DNA of 64,000 nucleotides. Origin: Eledone cirrhosa. Taxonomy: Eukaryota. The stretch is taken from contig OZ024743.1 in assembly GCA_964016885.1 (NCBI GenBank), forward strand, positions 346,828,001 through 346,892,000, written 5' to 3'. Position numbers and translations under genes: made by a program. The notes under the pieces were generated by a model that was not told the origin of the DNA, did not search any database, and saw only the letters and a list, made by a program, of their open reading frames with translations. Positions within the stretch are counted from its first letter, which is position 1; the number at the start of each line of letters is the position of its first letter. Below are positions 1 through 14,134 of this stretch, piece by piece.

Positions 1-52
1 TTGTATGTATACATATAGATATATGTATGTGTGTGATGTATATATATATATG

Positions 53-93
<41 letters not shown>

Positions 94-675
94 TTATATA
101 TATATATTTATATGTTTATATATATATATATATATATATGTGTATATATGTATGTATCTGAAACCTTTGTTAATGGAATAATTATATTCTGTTGTGTATA
201 CAATTAAATACCTCTGTAATATACATAGAGCACTCTTCTTTCCTTTACCTTTTCCATGGAAAATGTATGTACGTTTCTATATATGTATGCACACACAAAA
301 TATATATTTATGTGTGTATGTATACACATATTTGTTAGGTCCTTCGGCTTGAAATCGTGATTTCGATAACAGATAGGATGATGTTTATCGTCCTTGAGCA
401 AGTCCCTCTATTTCACGTTCCTCCCGTCTACTCAACTGCAGAAATTAATAGCGACGTCACTGGTGCCAAGCGGTATCGTCTCTTGCCATTCCCTTGGAGA
501 ACAGCTATTCTCTGGTGAGGGGAGACCTGTTTACTGGTCTTCTACAACCTTGCCCCGAATTGGGCCTCGAAGGGGATCTATTGATGTACAAATCCCATAT
601 TCAATTGTGACCGACGGAGGTTATATATATATATATATATACCTTACTTACTGTGGTTAACTCCGATTGAACCCG

Positions 676-759
<84 letters not shown>

Positions 760-1089
760 TTATTTATATATATATATATATATGTATGTTTATATGATGC
801 ACCCGGACATAACAATTAGCTGGAGTATAATTACAATAAACATAACGGTGATTGAAATAATAATAAATATGATTACCATTAGTATAATTCTTTTGATGTC
901 GTTTGATTCAGAGGCGAACATTGCCAGCTATTTATGTGCACCACCGTAGCATCTGACTGGTATAAGTCACTCTCACGATACCTTCCTTGAACGCTTTAGT
1001 TTTATCACCAAGTGCAAATGTAACATCTTCAGCACATAGTATATTCGTTTCTCTGCAATACACATACTAATAATGTTTTCTAATTGAAG

Positions 1090-1212
1090 CTCATGACCAG
1101 AGGGAGTAAAAATCCGGCATATCCACCCCAGTATTTTAGAGGTTCTCTATTTTTATAGACCACAAAATGAGGACAGGCAATTTTGATCTCAGCAGGATTT
1201 GAACTGAGAAGG
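1090..1212 (-). mobile_element. Old decayed family A SINE (minus strand)
   Basis: ccccagta..ttttatagacc..ggca..ttgatctcagcaggatttgaact is the reverse complement of the family core. Similar remnants at ~1700-1750, ~10765-10800 and ~33322-33375. Confidence 0.55.
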
Positions 1213-1540
1213 TAAACAACCAACCACTATTATATGCTCCAAAGCATTTTTTCAACAATAATAACTTATTGAGGTTATCTACATATAGGAAAATAGTGAA
1301 GACAACAATAAGAGCACTTTAATAATTTGAACAAAAGCAACACTAGCCACCAACACCATCTCTTCCACCATCGCCACGACAACAACAACAACAAATAGGA
1401 GCTGATCAATGGTCAGAGATAATGTTTGTCAGGCTGTCAGCAGCAACAAATAGGACAACAATACAAATTTCAGGATCAAATTTTAGACACGGTATGTAAT
1501 AGATTCAATAGTCCCCTATTATTAATATTATGCTTTGACG

Positions 1541-1680
1541 CATTGAGTTACGGCCCTTGCTATTCTGAGTTCAAATCCCGCCTAGGTTAACTTTGCCTTT
1601 CATCCTCACGGGGTCGATAAAATATAGTACCAGTAATACACTAGTAAATTGCTGGCCTTGTGCAAAAGTAGAAACAATAT
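1541..1680 (+). mobile_element. tRNA-derived SINE family A (Meta/MESC-like core), 5'-truncated
   Basis: B box gagttcaaatcc followed by aactttgcctttcatcc..ggggtcgataaaat..agtaccag and tail gctggccttgtgc..gtagaaacaat. Confidence 0.8.
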
Positions 1681-2049
1681 TTAACTTAATATTTTGCCTT
1701 CAGGGATAAAAAGTAAAAATCTAGATTTGGTAGGATTTGAACTCTGAGCGAAAGACAAGGGAAGATATTATATGAGAATGATTGAATAATCCTCCAATCT
1801 ATTACACAAAAGTAATAGAATCTTGCTTCACTCCATACCATAATGGCGAGCGTGTGTGTTTGGGAGTTTAGGTCTCAAAGTAGTAACAAATATAATAATA
1901 ATGGTTTTTGAATTTTGGATAGATGGGAAAGTCGGTTAAATCAACACGTATTGGACTACTAAAGGATTGAATTGGCCCCAAGATGTTGGTTATCAAAGTG
2001 GAGCTCTGCGGGATGTGAACTGAGAAATATCCATGAAATATTCAACAGT

Positions 2050-2165
2050 ATCTATATGTGTATGTGTGTGTATAAATGTATATATACATACATATATATG
2101 TGGGTATATATATATATATTCATAGATAAATAGATGTATATATATACATATGTATATATATATGC

Positions 2166-2205
<40 letters not shown>

Positions 2206-2441
2206 AAATATGTGTGTATATATACATAAATATATATGCGTATATATATATATACCCATGCTAGCGCGGAAGATAGACATTAAACGATGATGATGATTAT
2301 ATATATACACATATATACATATATATGCGTATTTATATACGCATATATATATGTATATATATCTATCCATATATATATGTATATATATATATATATATAT
2401 ATACATATATCTACAGATAGTATAAACACACATTTATCCAT

Positions 2442-2519
<78 letters not shown>

Positions 2520-2743
2520 ATATATATATACACACAGTATATATCCATACACATATATATATATATACATGCATATACATATATATATATATAAATGTAT
2601 ATACATATATATACATATATATATAAGCATGTATATATATATATTTATATATGTGTGTGTGTGTATGTATATATATATGTATATATATATACACATACAT
2701 ATACACACATATATATATATATATATATATAATACATATATAC

Positions 2744-2800
<57 letters not shown>

Positions 2801-2890
2801 CATATATACATATATATATATATAAATAATACATATATACACACACATGCATGGTTACGTATGTGTGTTTATATATATATATATGATTGT
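2050..2890. repeat. Compound (TA)n/(TG)n/(CATA)n microsatellite region
   Basis: Direct inspection. Confidence 0.9.
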
Positions 2891-3174
2891 GTGTATGCAC
2901 ACTTCCTTTTCATCACCGCCACAACAAAAATATTATTATTAATAATAATATTACTAATAATAATAATAATAATTGAAGCATTATCATGATGCAATTAAGT
3001 ACACTAATAATAAAATAATGGTGTTAATCAGCCGGATGCTATTATCCAGTTCCCATTAGAAAGAAAATATGCCATATTTTCCACAAACTATATAGATATC
3101 TATAGAAGTAATTATATATACTTATTTTCAACATAATTATATACCCATGTTTTCTTTTTATGTATATCAAACAT

Positions 3175-3238
<64 letters not shown>

Positions 3239-3394
3239 GTATATTATGTACGTATTTGCGAACACATATCTCACATACACACAACCCTAATGGCAAGTGT
3301 ACTTAACACTCAACGCATGCTAAAGCAATTATATATACGGTCATTTAATTATACTCACATTATATATATATATATCTATCTATATATATATATA

Positions 3395-3437
<43 letters not shown>

Positions 3438-3725
3438 GGCCTCTGAGTTTGAGTATCCGGGTATACAACGGGTGCCTTTTCTTAGATTAAACTTTAGTAA
3501 TGGGACGTTAAAGTGTGTATGCGTGTACACACACACACATATATATATACACATTTTTATATATACATACACACATTTTCCGTCTAGCAAAATTTCGCTT
3601 ATGTTATTAGAATGTATATATTTAATATACATATGCGCAAGTTTCTACAGTTGTACATATATGCATAAAAACTGATATTGCGAGACACGTCGCATACTAC
3701 TGAGACGCCCGAAAAGTCACTGGAA

Positions 3726-3775
<50 letters not shown>

Positions 3776-3830
3776 ACATAAATATATACACATACATAAT
3801 TTATAAACACACACACACATATATATATGC

Positions 3831-3864
<34 letters not shown>

Positions 3865-3869
<5 letters not shown>

Positions 3870-4017
3870 TTTAATATAGATGAGATTCTACAGGACTAGA
3901 ACTGTTTCATTCTTTAGAAATCATCAGGAATCTGGCTATCAAAAAATAAGTATGGTATTTATAGATGTATTGAGTACCTTACTTACTGTGGTTACCTCCG
4001 ACTCAACCCGGAATAAC

Positions 4018-4018
<1 letters not shown>
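3865..4018. mobile_element. Short Penelope-like pLTR/retrozyme-type insert in (TA)n
   Basis: (TA)n flanks both sides. The hammerhead is on - and the 3' tail gtattgagtacc..ggttacctccgactcaacccggaataacg is on +. That tail recurs at 640-680 and 20886-20917. Confidence 0.6.
3883..3933 (-). ncRNA. Type I hammerhead ribozyme fold
   Basis: Minus strand: agattc CUGAUGA tttctaaagaat GAAA cag-ttctagtc-ctg UA gaatct. Stem I is 6 bp, the core is canonical and stem III is paired. Stem II is short and closed by a U.U mismatch. Confidence 0.75.
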
Positions 4019-4066
<48 letters not shown>

Positions 4067-4109
4067 ATGCATATATTATACATATGTATATATATATACA
4101 TATAGAAAG

Positions 4110-4432
4110 CACTCCGTTGGTTGCGACGACGAGTTGTCCGATCGACGGAGCACCTAGCTCGTGAAATTAACGCAGAAGTGTACAAGTGGGATCAGCATGC
4201 TATTGACGCATGTACACTTTACGTAGTTCTCAGGGAGATGCACTGTGGAACAGTGTGTGACATGACTGGCCCCTTCGAACTACAGTTACAACACATTTTT
4301 GCTTGCTGAGTTTGACTGGAGCAACGGTGAAATAAAGGTCTTTAGCAAGTTGACAACACAACGAAGGGAATCGAACTTACGACCCTTATTATTGTGAGCT
4401 AAATACCCTAACCACAAAGCCACGCGCCCTTC
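4110..4432 (-). mobile_element. tRNA-derived SINE (family C: same head as family B, different 3' tail)
   Basis: Minus-strand head ggcgcgtggctttgtggttaggg..gttcgattcc, middle tttatttcaccgttgctccag, tail ..gtcgcaaccaacggagt. Confidence 0.75.
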
Positions 4433-4445
4433 ACATATATATGTA

Positions 4446-4492
<47 letters not shown>

Positions 4493-5316
4493 CACACACA
4501 CACATATATATATATACACAAATTATATACATACACACATACAAACGCACACAAATATGTATATAAATATATATAAACGTACACACTTTTACATTAGCTC
4601 TGGAACTCTAAATGTATGCGATCTTTTATCACACACACCCACACCACACAGACCATAAACAAACAAACACACATACACACACTCATACACACACTCACAC
4701 GCGCGCGCGCGCGGACAGACGGATAGTTGCACACATAGACTTGCTAAGCACTTCAACAGACAGGTAGTCTAAAGGACAGACCATCAGACTAACAGTCAGA
4801 CATACATTTATTTAAAGTTATACCACAGGTAAATAAAAACATATTAACTCCGACGTATACACATATACACATTCATTCACTCGTGCGCACATACACAAAA
4901 TACACCTACACATAAAACAATTATCTCATTAACCACAATTCAACCTTGTATTTAATTGTGTCAGACCCTGAGTAAAATTAATTATAGTTACAACTCTCTT
5001 TGTAACGACATGACGGATCGACTAGCGAATCTAAGGTGGCGGTTTCGAATCTAAGCAGAAATGCCATACCCATATTTATTTCTGAAATAAGACATAACAC
5101 AAAATATTTGAACGCTTTAATATTTATTTCTCCATCTAACATCAGATATCCAATCAGGGTATTTTAATATATTATTATTATTATTATTATTATTAGATTA
5201 TGCGCCTATAGGCTAGCTAACTTGAGGAGAGGGGTGCTCTCCCTGGGTGCCCTAGAAGCGCAGGGTGGTTCAGGATTGGTGCGGTACCCGAGTCCTATCG
5301 GGAAATTTCTTTGGTT

Positions 5317-5516
5317 NNNNNNNNNNNNNNNNNNNNNNNNNNNNNNNNNNNNNNNNNNNNNNNNNNNNNNNNNNNNNNNNNNNNNNNNNNNNNNNNNNNN
5401 NNNNNNNNNNNNNNNNNNNNNNNNNNNNNNNNNNNNNNNNNNNNNNNNNNNNNNNNNNNNNNNNNNNNNNNNNNNNNNNNNNNNNNNNNNNNNNNNNNNN
5501 NNNNNNNNNNNNNNNN
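5317..5516. other. Assembly gap (200 N)
   Basis: A run of exactly 200 N, typical of a fixed-size scaffolding gap. Confidence 0.98.
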
Positions 5517-5920
5517 TCTTTTCCTTTTACTAATATATATATATATTGTTCCATATATATAAAATGTTGTTTGTGCTTGTATGCGAGTACAATTACGTGA
5601 GTTTTCCTTGCCTAAGTCAGCATGTCTACATGTATAATGTTGTATGTATTAACTAACGTAACTCTGAATATCTTCATGGCAGCAGCAGCAGTAGTAGTCG
5701 TAGCTGTAGTAGTAGACATTTTAAGAAAACTAGTTATATTGTTAAGAGATCTTAAGTGGCATAAGTTAGCTACTACTGCTATGGTGTTGGCTGATCCAAC
5801 GACAATAATGATGCTGATGGTGGTGGTGATCGTGCCTGAAACACATCATCTTTTTTTGCTGTTTAATACAAAATGGACGAAGATAACAGGAATTATGATA
5901 GCTCTAAAATTGATGAGACG

Positions 5921-5959
<39 letters not shown>

Positions 5960-8322
5960 GATAATGATAAATATAACAACGAGAACAACAACAATAATAC
6001 TATTAATGAATAAATGGCGGGGGTCATTGGTCTTGAGTAGTTAATAAAAGGACAGTGGTAATTAACAAAGATTATTATAATTACAACTGACAGCTAATGG
6101 TTTTAATTGTCATTTATTGATATAATTATCATCAACGATGGCATTATCATTTTTATTGTATTATCTGCAATAATAATTATAATATTTATGGTGATAGTGT
6201 TGGTGATGATGATTAACATTTTTGGTTAACTTCAGGTCAATTCTGATCAAGCGAACATGTGATCGAATCCTTCCTGCCATGACACTCATATATTTCTTTA
6301 CATCTATTATCATATTATCCAATTAGATTTAGGGGAGAATTTTGTTCCTACGTTTAATAAGCTGAGCGACCACATTGAGGCAACATCAGTGGCTCTTGAG
6401 GTTGGTGATGAGGACAGTGGTATTGTTAATAATGAGAGTGATGGTGATGATGTTAACGAGAAAATGGATACATATGAGTATGATATAGACGATGATTATG
6501 TTGATATCCTCATCTTCATTAAATTCGGGTTAAGGTCAGATGTTGAGCTATGGTATTCTATATTGTTGAAAGAATGTTTTACCATTCTGTCATCTATTTG
6601 CTAATATAATAGATAGTGTTTCTACACAAGCCTGAAATGAAAATAAACAAATATACTTGAAACTTTTAGATGGTAAGGAGATACTATTTATGAAAAGTAG
6701 TCTCCAATGAGCGTTTATTAAAAGTATAGTCAGACCGGATATATGGAAACTCCAATAGTATATGCAGTACTTGTGTAACATGTTGTGCTACACATGTGCA
6801 ACACAACAAAAGATATATAGAATATGTTATTTAAAATGACAGATTACTAAATTTGTATATTTTCATCTACAGCCGCCATTTTCATAAAACTAAGTGAAGA
6901 TTATTTCTTTACTTCCGGTAGTCAGCTTTCAGTCGAATGTAGCAAGGTGGCCATTGCGTAATCAGCAGTCATAACGCACAGAAATGTCACAGCTGGGTAC
7001 TTATCAGGTGATAGTTGCCGGCTGGTATATTCTATGATCTCACTGGAAATGTGGCTGAGGCTATTGGAAGTTATTGAACAATAGTTCGTCATAAGCACAT
7101 CATCATAAATTATTAAATGGCATGCATATATATCATAAATTATTATATGGCATGCGCACACTCACACACACACTCACACACACGTACATGTGTGTGTGTG
7201 TGCTTGTACAGGATTTTCCTATTAGGAAATGACATAAGTCTAAGTTTAAGTGAGTGCTCGATCCATTGTCATTATGGCTAATCTATAAAGTATAAGTGTG
7301 TGTGTGTAAACATAATTCTACAAATCAAAGGAACAGTGCTTCTGCTGTTGCTATTATCACTACTACTACTCCTATTATTAATGCAACAACATGACAGTCT
7401 CTGTTTTACACAATATCTCCTCAACTAAGATCAGTCATTGATTGTTCTAGAAAGACAGGAGAGAGAAATGAAAAAAAAAAAGAAATCTCACACTAAACAT
7501 AATTATTAGCAAACACAATAGATATGAGAGTTGATATTATATGTCTTAATAAAATGAGCTCTTGAATCGTTGTTGCGGCAGTTGTTATTGTTTTGCCTGT
7601 GGCTTTGGTTCCCGTGGTATTGGTATTATTGTTATGTCAGTTGTATTCGCTGCTAGTATTGTGTAATGAAGTGGACACAGTCGAATGGCTAAGAAGTTCG
7701 ATTTGCAATGCTTAAGCCTCAGAAAACCGAGTTCGATCCCAATGTGGGACATTTAGGCAAAAGTCATTTATCATAGCCTCCATTAGACCCTAGTCTTGAA
7801 GTTTAAGCAGGTAGAATTTCGTTTGCATACAAGCTGTTCAGTAAAGCTATCTAATGCAGATAGAATCTGTAACCAGCAACTCTTTATCTCTAGAGTTAGA
7901 AGCCTCGGCCAGAATTCCAGATATATGGATGTCCATTCTTCAGAGTGCTGGCTACAAGTTTTTCCCTCCAAAGGTGTGTTTTACCAGATTTATCTTGATA
8001 TTATTTATCACAATCGATTGTTCCAGATATTTTCTGCATTTGGGACACCTACATTTTCTCTCTCTCTCTCCCTCTCCCCTCTCTCCCTCTCACTCTCTCT
8101 TGTATGTAAAGTAATAGCAAAAATAACAAAACAAACGGCACAATCAGAATATAGTTAGAAATAGAAGAAAATAGAAAGTAAAGAGTGATCATAGGAAAGA
8201 ACGGAGAAATAAAAATGGGCAGTAAAAGAAACACGTGTGTATTCAGACGGCTGCCTTGGAGATGCATATATGCATGCATGTATGTATGTGTTTATATGTA
8301 TGTATATATACATATATTTGTA

Positions 8323-8368
<46 letters not shown>

Positions 8369-8744
8369 AATATATATTTGTAATGATGTATATATACATA
8401 TGTATGTATATAATGGAGGTACGAAATATACAGCAATAAATAAGAAACCTTCATGGTGACGGTGCCCTAGCATGGCCTTTGCCATGATACCTAAACAAAA
8501 CCAACAAATACACACAGTGGAGGAGGAGCGAACAAACAGGCAGGCAGACCGTCTGGTAAGTGATTAAACAGAAGGTCAAACTTTAAACATTGACATGTTT
8601 TGTGTTTCCTATTTACAATCTTCGTAAAAATGGAAGAAAATAAAACTATCGAGCAACGAGGAATTCCTAATACGTGGCTGCTGTTCGCGACACAAGAAGT
8701 CATATAGTGTACTTCTACTCTTACATATTTACTCTTTCTATTTT

Positions 8745-8980
8745 ATTTTTTCTTCTTCTTCTTCTTTTTCTTCTTCTTCTTCTTCTTCTTCTTCTTCTTC
8801 TTCTTCTTCTTCTTCTTCTTCTTCTTCTTCTTCTTCTTCTTCTTCTTCTTCTTTTTTTTTCTTTTTCTTCTTCTTTTTCTTTTTCTTCTTCTTTTTCTTC
8901 TTCTTCTTCTTCTTTTTCTTTTTATTTTTCTTCTTCTTCTTCTTCTTCTTCTTCTTCTTCTTCTTCTTCTTCTTCTTCTT
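8745..8980. repeat. (TTC)n polypyrimidine tract
   Basis: Direct inspection. Similar tracts at ~12520-12692 and ~48900-49068. Confidence 0.95.
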
Positions 8981-9279
8981 CGCCTCCTTCTTATTATTAC
9001 CACTCCCATCTCACTCTCTCGTTCTCTGTATATTTTTATTTGTCTTTCAAATTACCTTTTTTATCTCGATATATTTTATTTTTCCATCGATATACTTCTT
9101 TTTTGTTTTCACTATTCAATGCAAACACATGCACATATGTATATAAGAAACAAATACATACATATATGCAGTCAGACGTCCACTCAGGGATACATATGAG
9201 AGCAAAAGAGAGAGTCAATAACACATATGTAATGCAATTGTGTCGAAGACAGTATAGAATTATGTCTAGCAGCCATGTT

Positions 9280-10087
<808 letters not shown>

Positions 10088-10314
10088 GTTGATGTGTATT
10101 TCTAAACGCAGTCCGACATATGTCCATGTTTATATGTGTATGCATATTCAAATATAAATACATATTTACAATATGCTTCTTTCAACAAAGAAATGACATC
10201 TACAAATCAGAATGAAATCACCGCGTACATACATGTGCGAAGCTAAATACATGTGCATGATTATGCAAGTATAACTGTATAATTAGTCTGTGTATATAAG
10301 GGGTTATGTTGGTC

Positions 10315-10594
10315 ATCCGTCCGTTTCGACGACGCGTCTTCACAGCGTATTGGTGAAATAAACGTGCAAATTGGTGAGCATTCCACATGCATGTAGTTCG
10401 CAGAATGACTCAGGGAGAGACAGGTTATGACAACTCTGGCCCTTTGATTTACAGGTACAAATCCTTTTTATCACATGGGTGAACGAAAGCAACGTAATAT
10501 AAAGTGTCTTTTCTCAAGGATGAAACACGCCCCCAGAAATCTATCATAAATTACTATTGTGTATCGAACAACCTAAACACTGACACAAGCCTTC
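10315..10594 (-). mobile_element. Decayed SINE family C copy
   Basis: Colinear similarity with 4110-4432 (gtgaaataaacgtgcaa, ctggccctttga..acaggtacaa). Further fragments at ~16150-16270, ~21130-21260 and ~33700-33830. Confidence 0.65.
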
Positions 10595-10885
10595 AGAAGC
10601 ACACGCATACATAAACAGTATAGATGTACGATCGTCACTCACTACCATGATTTTGCTAAAGCTTTCATATGCTCACACGGTCGTGAGCAGGCTGACACAC
10701 CCCCTCAAACTACTCTTCTGTGATCTAGTGGAACAACCGGGATTTGACAAATAAAGGTGGGGAGGGATGAAACACAAAATGGACCTCGACGGGATTAGAA
10801 GTCCAAATGCAGAGATAGGGAACAAATTTTATTTGGAACCAACCCTGTAAGGGCTCTGCCGAATCAAAGTATATATATATATATA

Positions 10886-11204
10886 TAAAGAAAAAGAGAT
10901 GAAATCGAAAATGCAACTGGAGTCTTATTTTTTTTAAAAATATATATATTTATTTGGTTCCTTTACCGGTTTCGCAGTTCTTCTGCTTTTCAAAAGGTGA
11001 GTTGAGATGGAGGGTCTGTGGTTTTTCTCACATCTGTGAGAAAAACCACAGACCCTCCAAATAAATATATATATAACCAAATAAATATATATATTTAAAA
11101 AAAAAATAAGACTCAGTTGCATTTTCGATTTCATCTCTTTTTCTTTATTCTTTCACTCGTGTAGGACACCTCGGTTATTTTTCATTTTGTAAAAAAAACC
11201 TCAC

Positions 11205-11210
<6 letters not shown>
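10886..11210. mobile_element. Palindromic hammerhead element in (TA)n
   Basis: Outer inverted repeat 10886-10959 / 11075-11147, hammerhead at 10960-10997 (-), inner perfect 24-bp hairpin at 11009-11058, and a tail running to (TA)n at ~11210. Confidence 0.65.
10960..10997 (-). ncRNA. Minimal type I hammerhead, U3:A8 core variant
   Basis: Minus strand: cctt UUGAAAA gcag-aagaa-ctgc GAAA ccgg UA aagg. The C3-G8 pair is replaced by compensatory U3-A8, and stem/loop III is the palindrome accggt. Confidence 0.7.
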
Positions 11211-11271
<61 letters not shown>

Positions 11272-11486
11272 AAATGTTCACACGTCAGTAAAAAAAGCTG
11301 CAGCACATACATAGATATATGCATGTATGGTGAAACACAATGTACACAGATATACCTCTTTAGACACTCTACTATGCGACTCGTATATTTGTGTGCGACT
11401 CTCCCTGTTTAAGACGACGAAAATATATTCGATCCGAGATCAGCCACCAAATTGGTCACATAAGCACACACATACACACACACACA

Positions 11487-11521
<35 letters not shown>

Positions 11522-11611
11522 GTATCCGTCCCAAAACCTCACAATATAATATACAGACCCTTGTGTGCTCAGAATACACATACGTGCAGGAATATGTGAA
11601 CAGGTACACGC

Positions 11612-11661
<50 letters not shown>

Positions 11662-12788
11662 GTGTATATTTATATATATTTATCAGGTTTATCTATGTGT
11701 GTGTGTGTGTGTTTTATGTGCATATGGAAGTTTTATACATATATGGCCTCAGTGTGTTTGAGTATACATAGGCACACACAGTGATAGGCTTGCACATACA
11801 TCGATTGCAAATACGTATTAATTGGACAACTACTGTTTTGTGAATATAGATAAAAATAAATACAGAGGAATAAAAGCGATTCATATAAATATGGAAAAAT
11901 AACTATGAAAATAATAGGCAAAAAACAGTTGGGTTTTTTTGTCCAGCTTAAGTCCCCCGAACACGCACCCTTAATCGGTTAGAATAAACATTTAATAAAA
12001 GAACAGAACAACCGAGCAACCATTAAACAAAAGCAAAACGTGTCGTTTGGGCAAAAACGAGAAATTACGTCGCCATTTTTTATTCGTGTTGACTTCTTTA
12101 TTTTTGCGTTTTTAAGATGGCGTATTTCTCCGTTGCAATCTGTTTCACGACAGTCATATGCCATCTGACGCTGTGTTTTGTCATCAAATTCGGTGAATCC
12201 AACCCCTCCCCTTGTACGTACAGACTCAGCTCTCCCTCACAGCGTTTTCTTTTTCTCTTGCTGTCTCTCGCCCTCGACCTTACTGTCCTATCTCTATCGC
12301 CCTCCCGTTTATTATACGTTTACATATACATTTTTTTCTCTTGCTCTTTTCGTTGTTCTTGTTGTTTCTGTTTCATATCAATATTACTTCTCCATCCATT
12401 TTAATTGATTTCCTTTTATTCCTTCTTTCTTTTCTTCATCTTTCTCCCTCTTCATCATTCTTTTCATCCCTCACTCATACTTTATCCTTTATCTCCTTTA
12501 TTTCATTCGTTGTTAAACTTCTACTTCTTCTTTTTTTCTCTTCCTTTTCTTCTTCCTTTTCTTCTTCTTTTTCTTCTTCTTCCTTTTCTTCTTCCTTTTC
12601 TTCTTATTCTTCTTCTTCTTCTTTTTCTTCTTCTTTTTCTTTTCCTTTTTCTTTTTCTTTTTCTTTTTCTTTTTCTTTTTCTTCTTCTTCTTCTATTTGT
12701 AGTTTATCTTTATATTCCTGTTTCCTCTACCCAACACATTATTCACTTTGCGTCTTCTACTTAACCTACAGTTACTACTACTACTACT

Positions 12789-12839
12789 AGAGTAGAGACT
12801 ACTACTACTACTATTAGTAGTAGTAGTAGTCTCTACTCT
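12789..12839. repeat. Short palindrome built on (CTA)n/(TAG)n
   Basis: agagtagagac(tac)n..(tag)n tctctactct. Confidence 0.75.
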
Positions 12840-13620
12840 GTGTCTTTTTGTCAGATCTACTTTATTTTATGTTAATTATTTGCTTATGCACATATATATC
12901 ATCATCATCAACGTAGAACGTATATATATAAGCCAACAAATAACGAATCTTATTATTGCTTGATTTTCCTGTAGCGTATATTCTCGGAGTTTTTTTAGAT
13001 TACACAGTAACGACTCTATCGAAGAATTATTTCCTGTTATTAATATTATTAAAAGTATGGAACTATACTAACGTACGTACTTTTAATTCGTGTATAACCT
13101 AGATTTGAACAGGTAAACTTACCCCGTGAATGTAAACGACTAAAATTGATGGAGGTGGGCCTTCCAATATAATTGCAGTCAAGCAACAGAAACCAGTAAA
13201 TGATAGAATAATACAGTTAGAGAAGTCTATGTCAGCTGTTCCAACCACTCAACGTATGTGTCTTGAATACAATAGCCAGAAAATATTATTGCTCTCATAT
13301 TTAAAGCCCAGTTTTATGTGATACAACAATGTTAACGGTTACAATTGTTGGTAGTTAATTTCAAACAAGAAACAAACGGTTTAGATTTGGGCTTCTTACA
13401 TAACATGATGTTTTGATGCTGATAATAACGTAAATATTGGAATCGATATGATCGATGAAACCACTTGAATCACTGCCCTACATTGGCCGCAGTGAAACAA
13501 TCTTAACCAATGTGCGTCAGTATATCTATATATAAGGTATTGTGAACATCGATTCCTTCGAGAATATTGTTTAAACTAATGTAGATTTCAATATCTATAG
13601 AAATAACCAACCAAGCGGAT

Positions 13621-13746
<126 letters not shown>

Positions 13747-13964
13747 ACCTGCAGTTGTACGTTCACGCTAAACAACAGAGGCCACGTGTTGTCCCTCTCC
13801 GACAAAAAGCTTTTCCCCTCGGAAAAACCCCAGTTGATGGATGCGAAATCCGAAATATAGGGACAATAAAATCACTTCCAAGGTGACTCTATCTCGTGTT
13901 ATTATCTTTACACTTTTCCTACATTCCTCTACACCCTCAACGTCTCAATCGACATTTCCTCTTA

Positions 13965-14035
<71 letters not shown>

Positions 14036-14095
14036 TACATGATTCTGTTACCCGGAGATTTACCCATATGCATTGTTGAGGCTTCCAAAACGACC

Positions 14096-14134
<39 letters not shown>

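Noticed and set aside
505-562. CUGGUGA plus hairpin as a hammerhead
   Set aside because: No GAAA follows the stem and the core is altered; too degenerate to call.
8484-8561. Possible Spalt exon 1 (strong donor ctg|gtaagt; one frame reads NKQAGRPS)
   Set aside because: The phase-1 frame has a stop at 8492 and no ATG, the ATG at 8484 gives phase 0, and MSRR is absent.
13170-13206. KQQKP-like peptide resembling the NuRD motif
   Set aside because: There is no MSRR or splice donor, and it matches a repeat tail also seen near 35000-35035 (gaaaccagtaaa).
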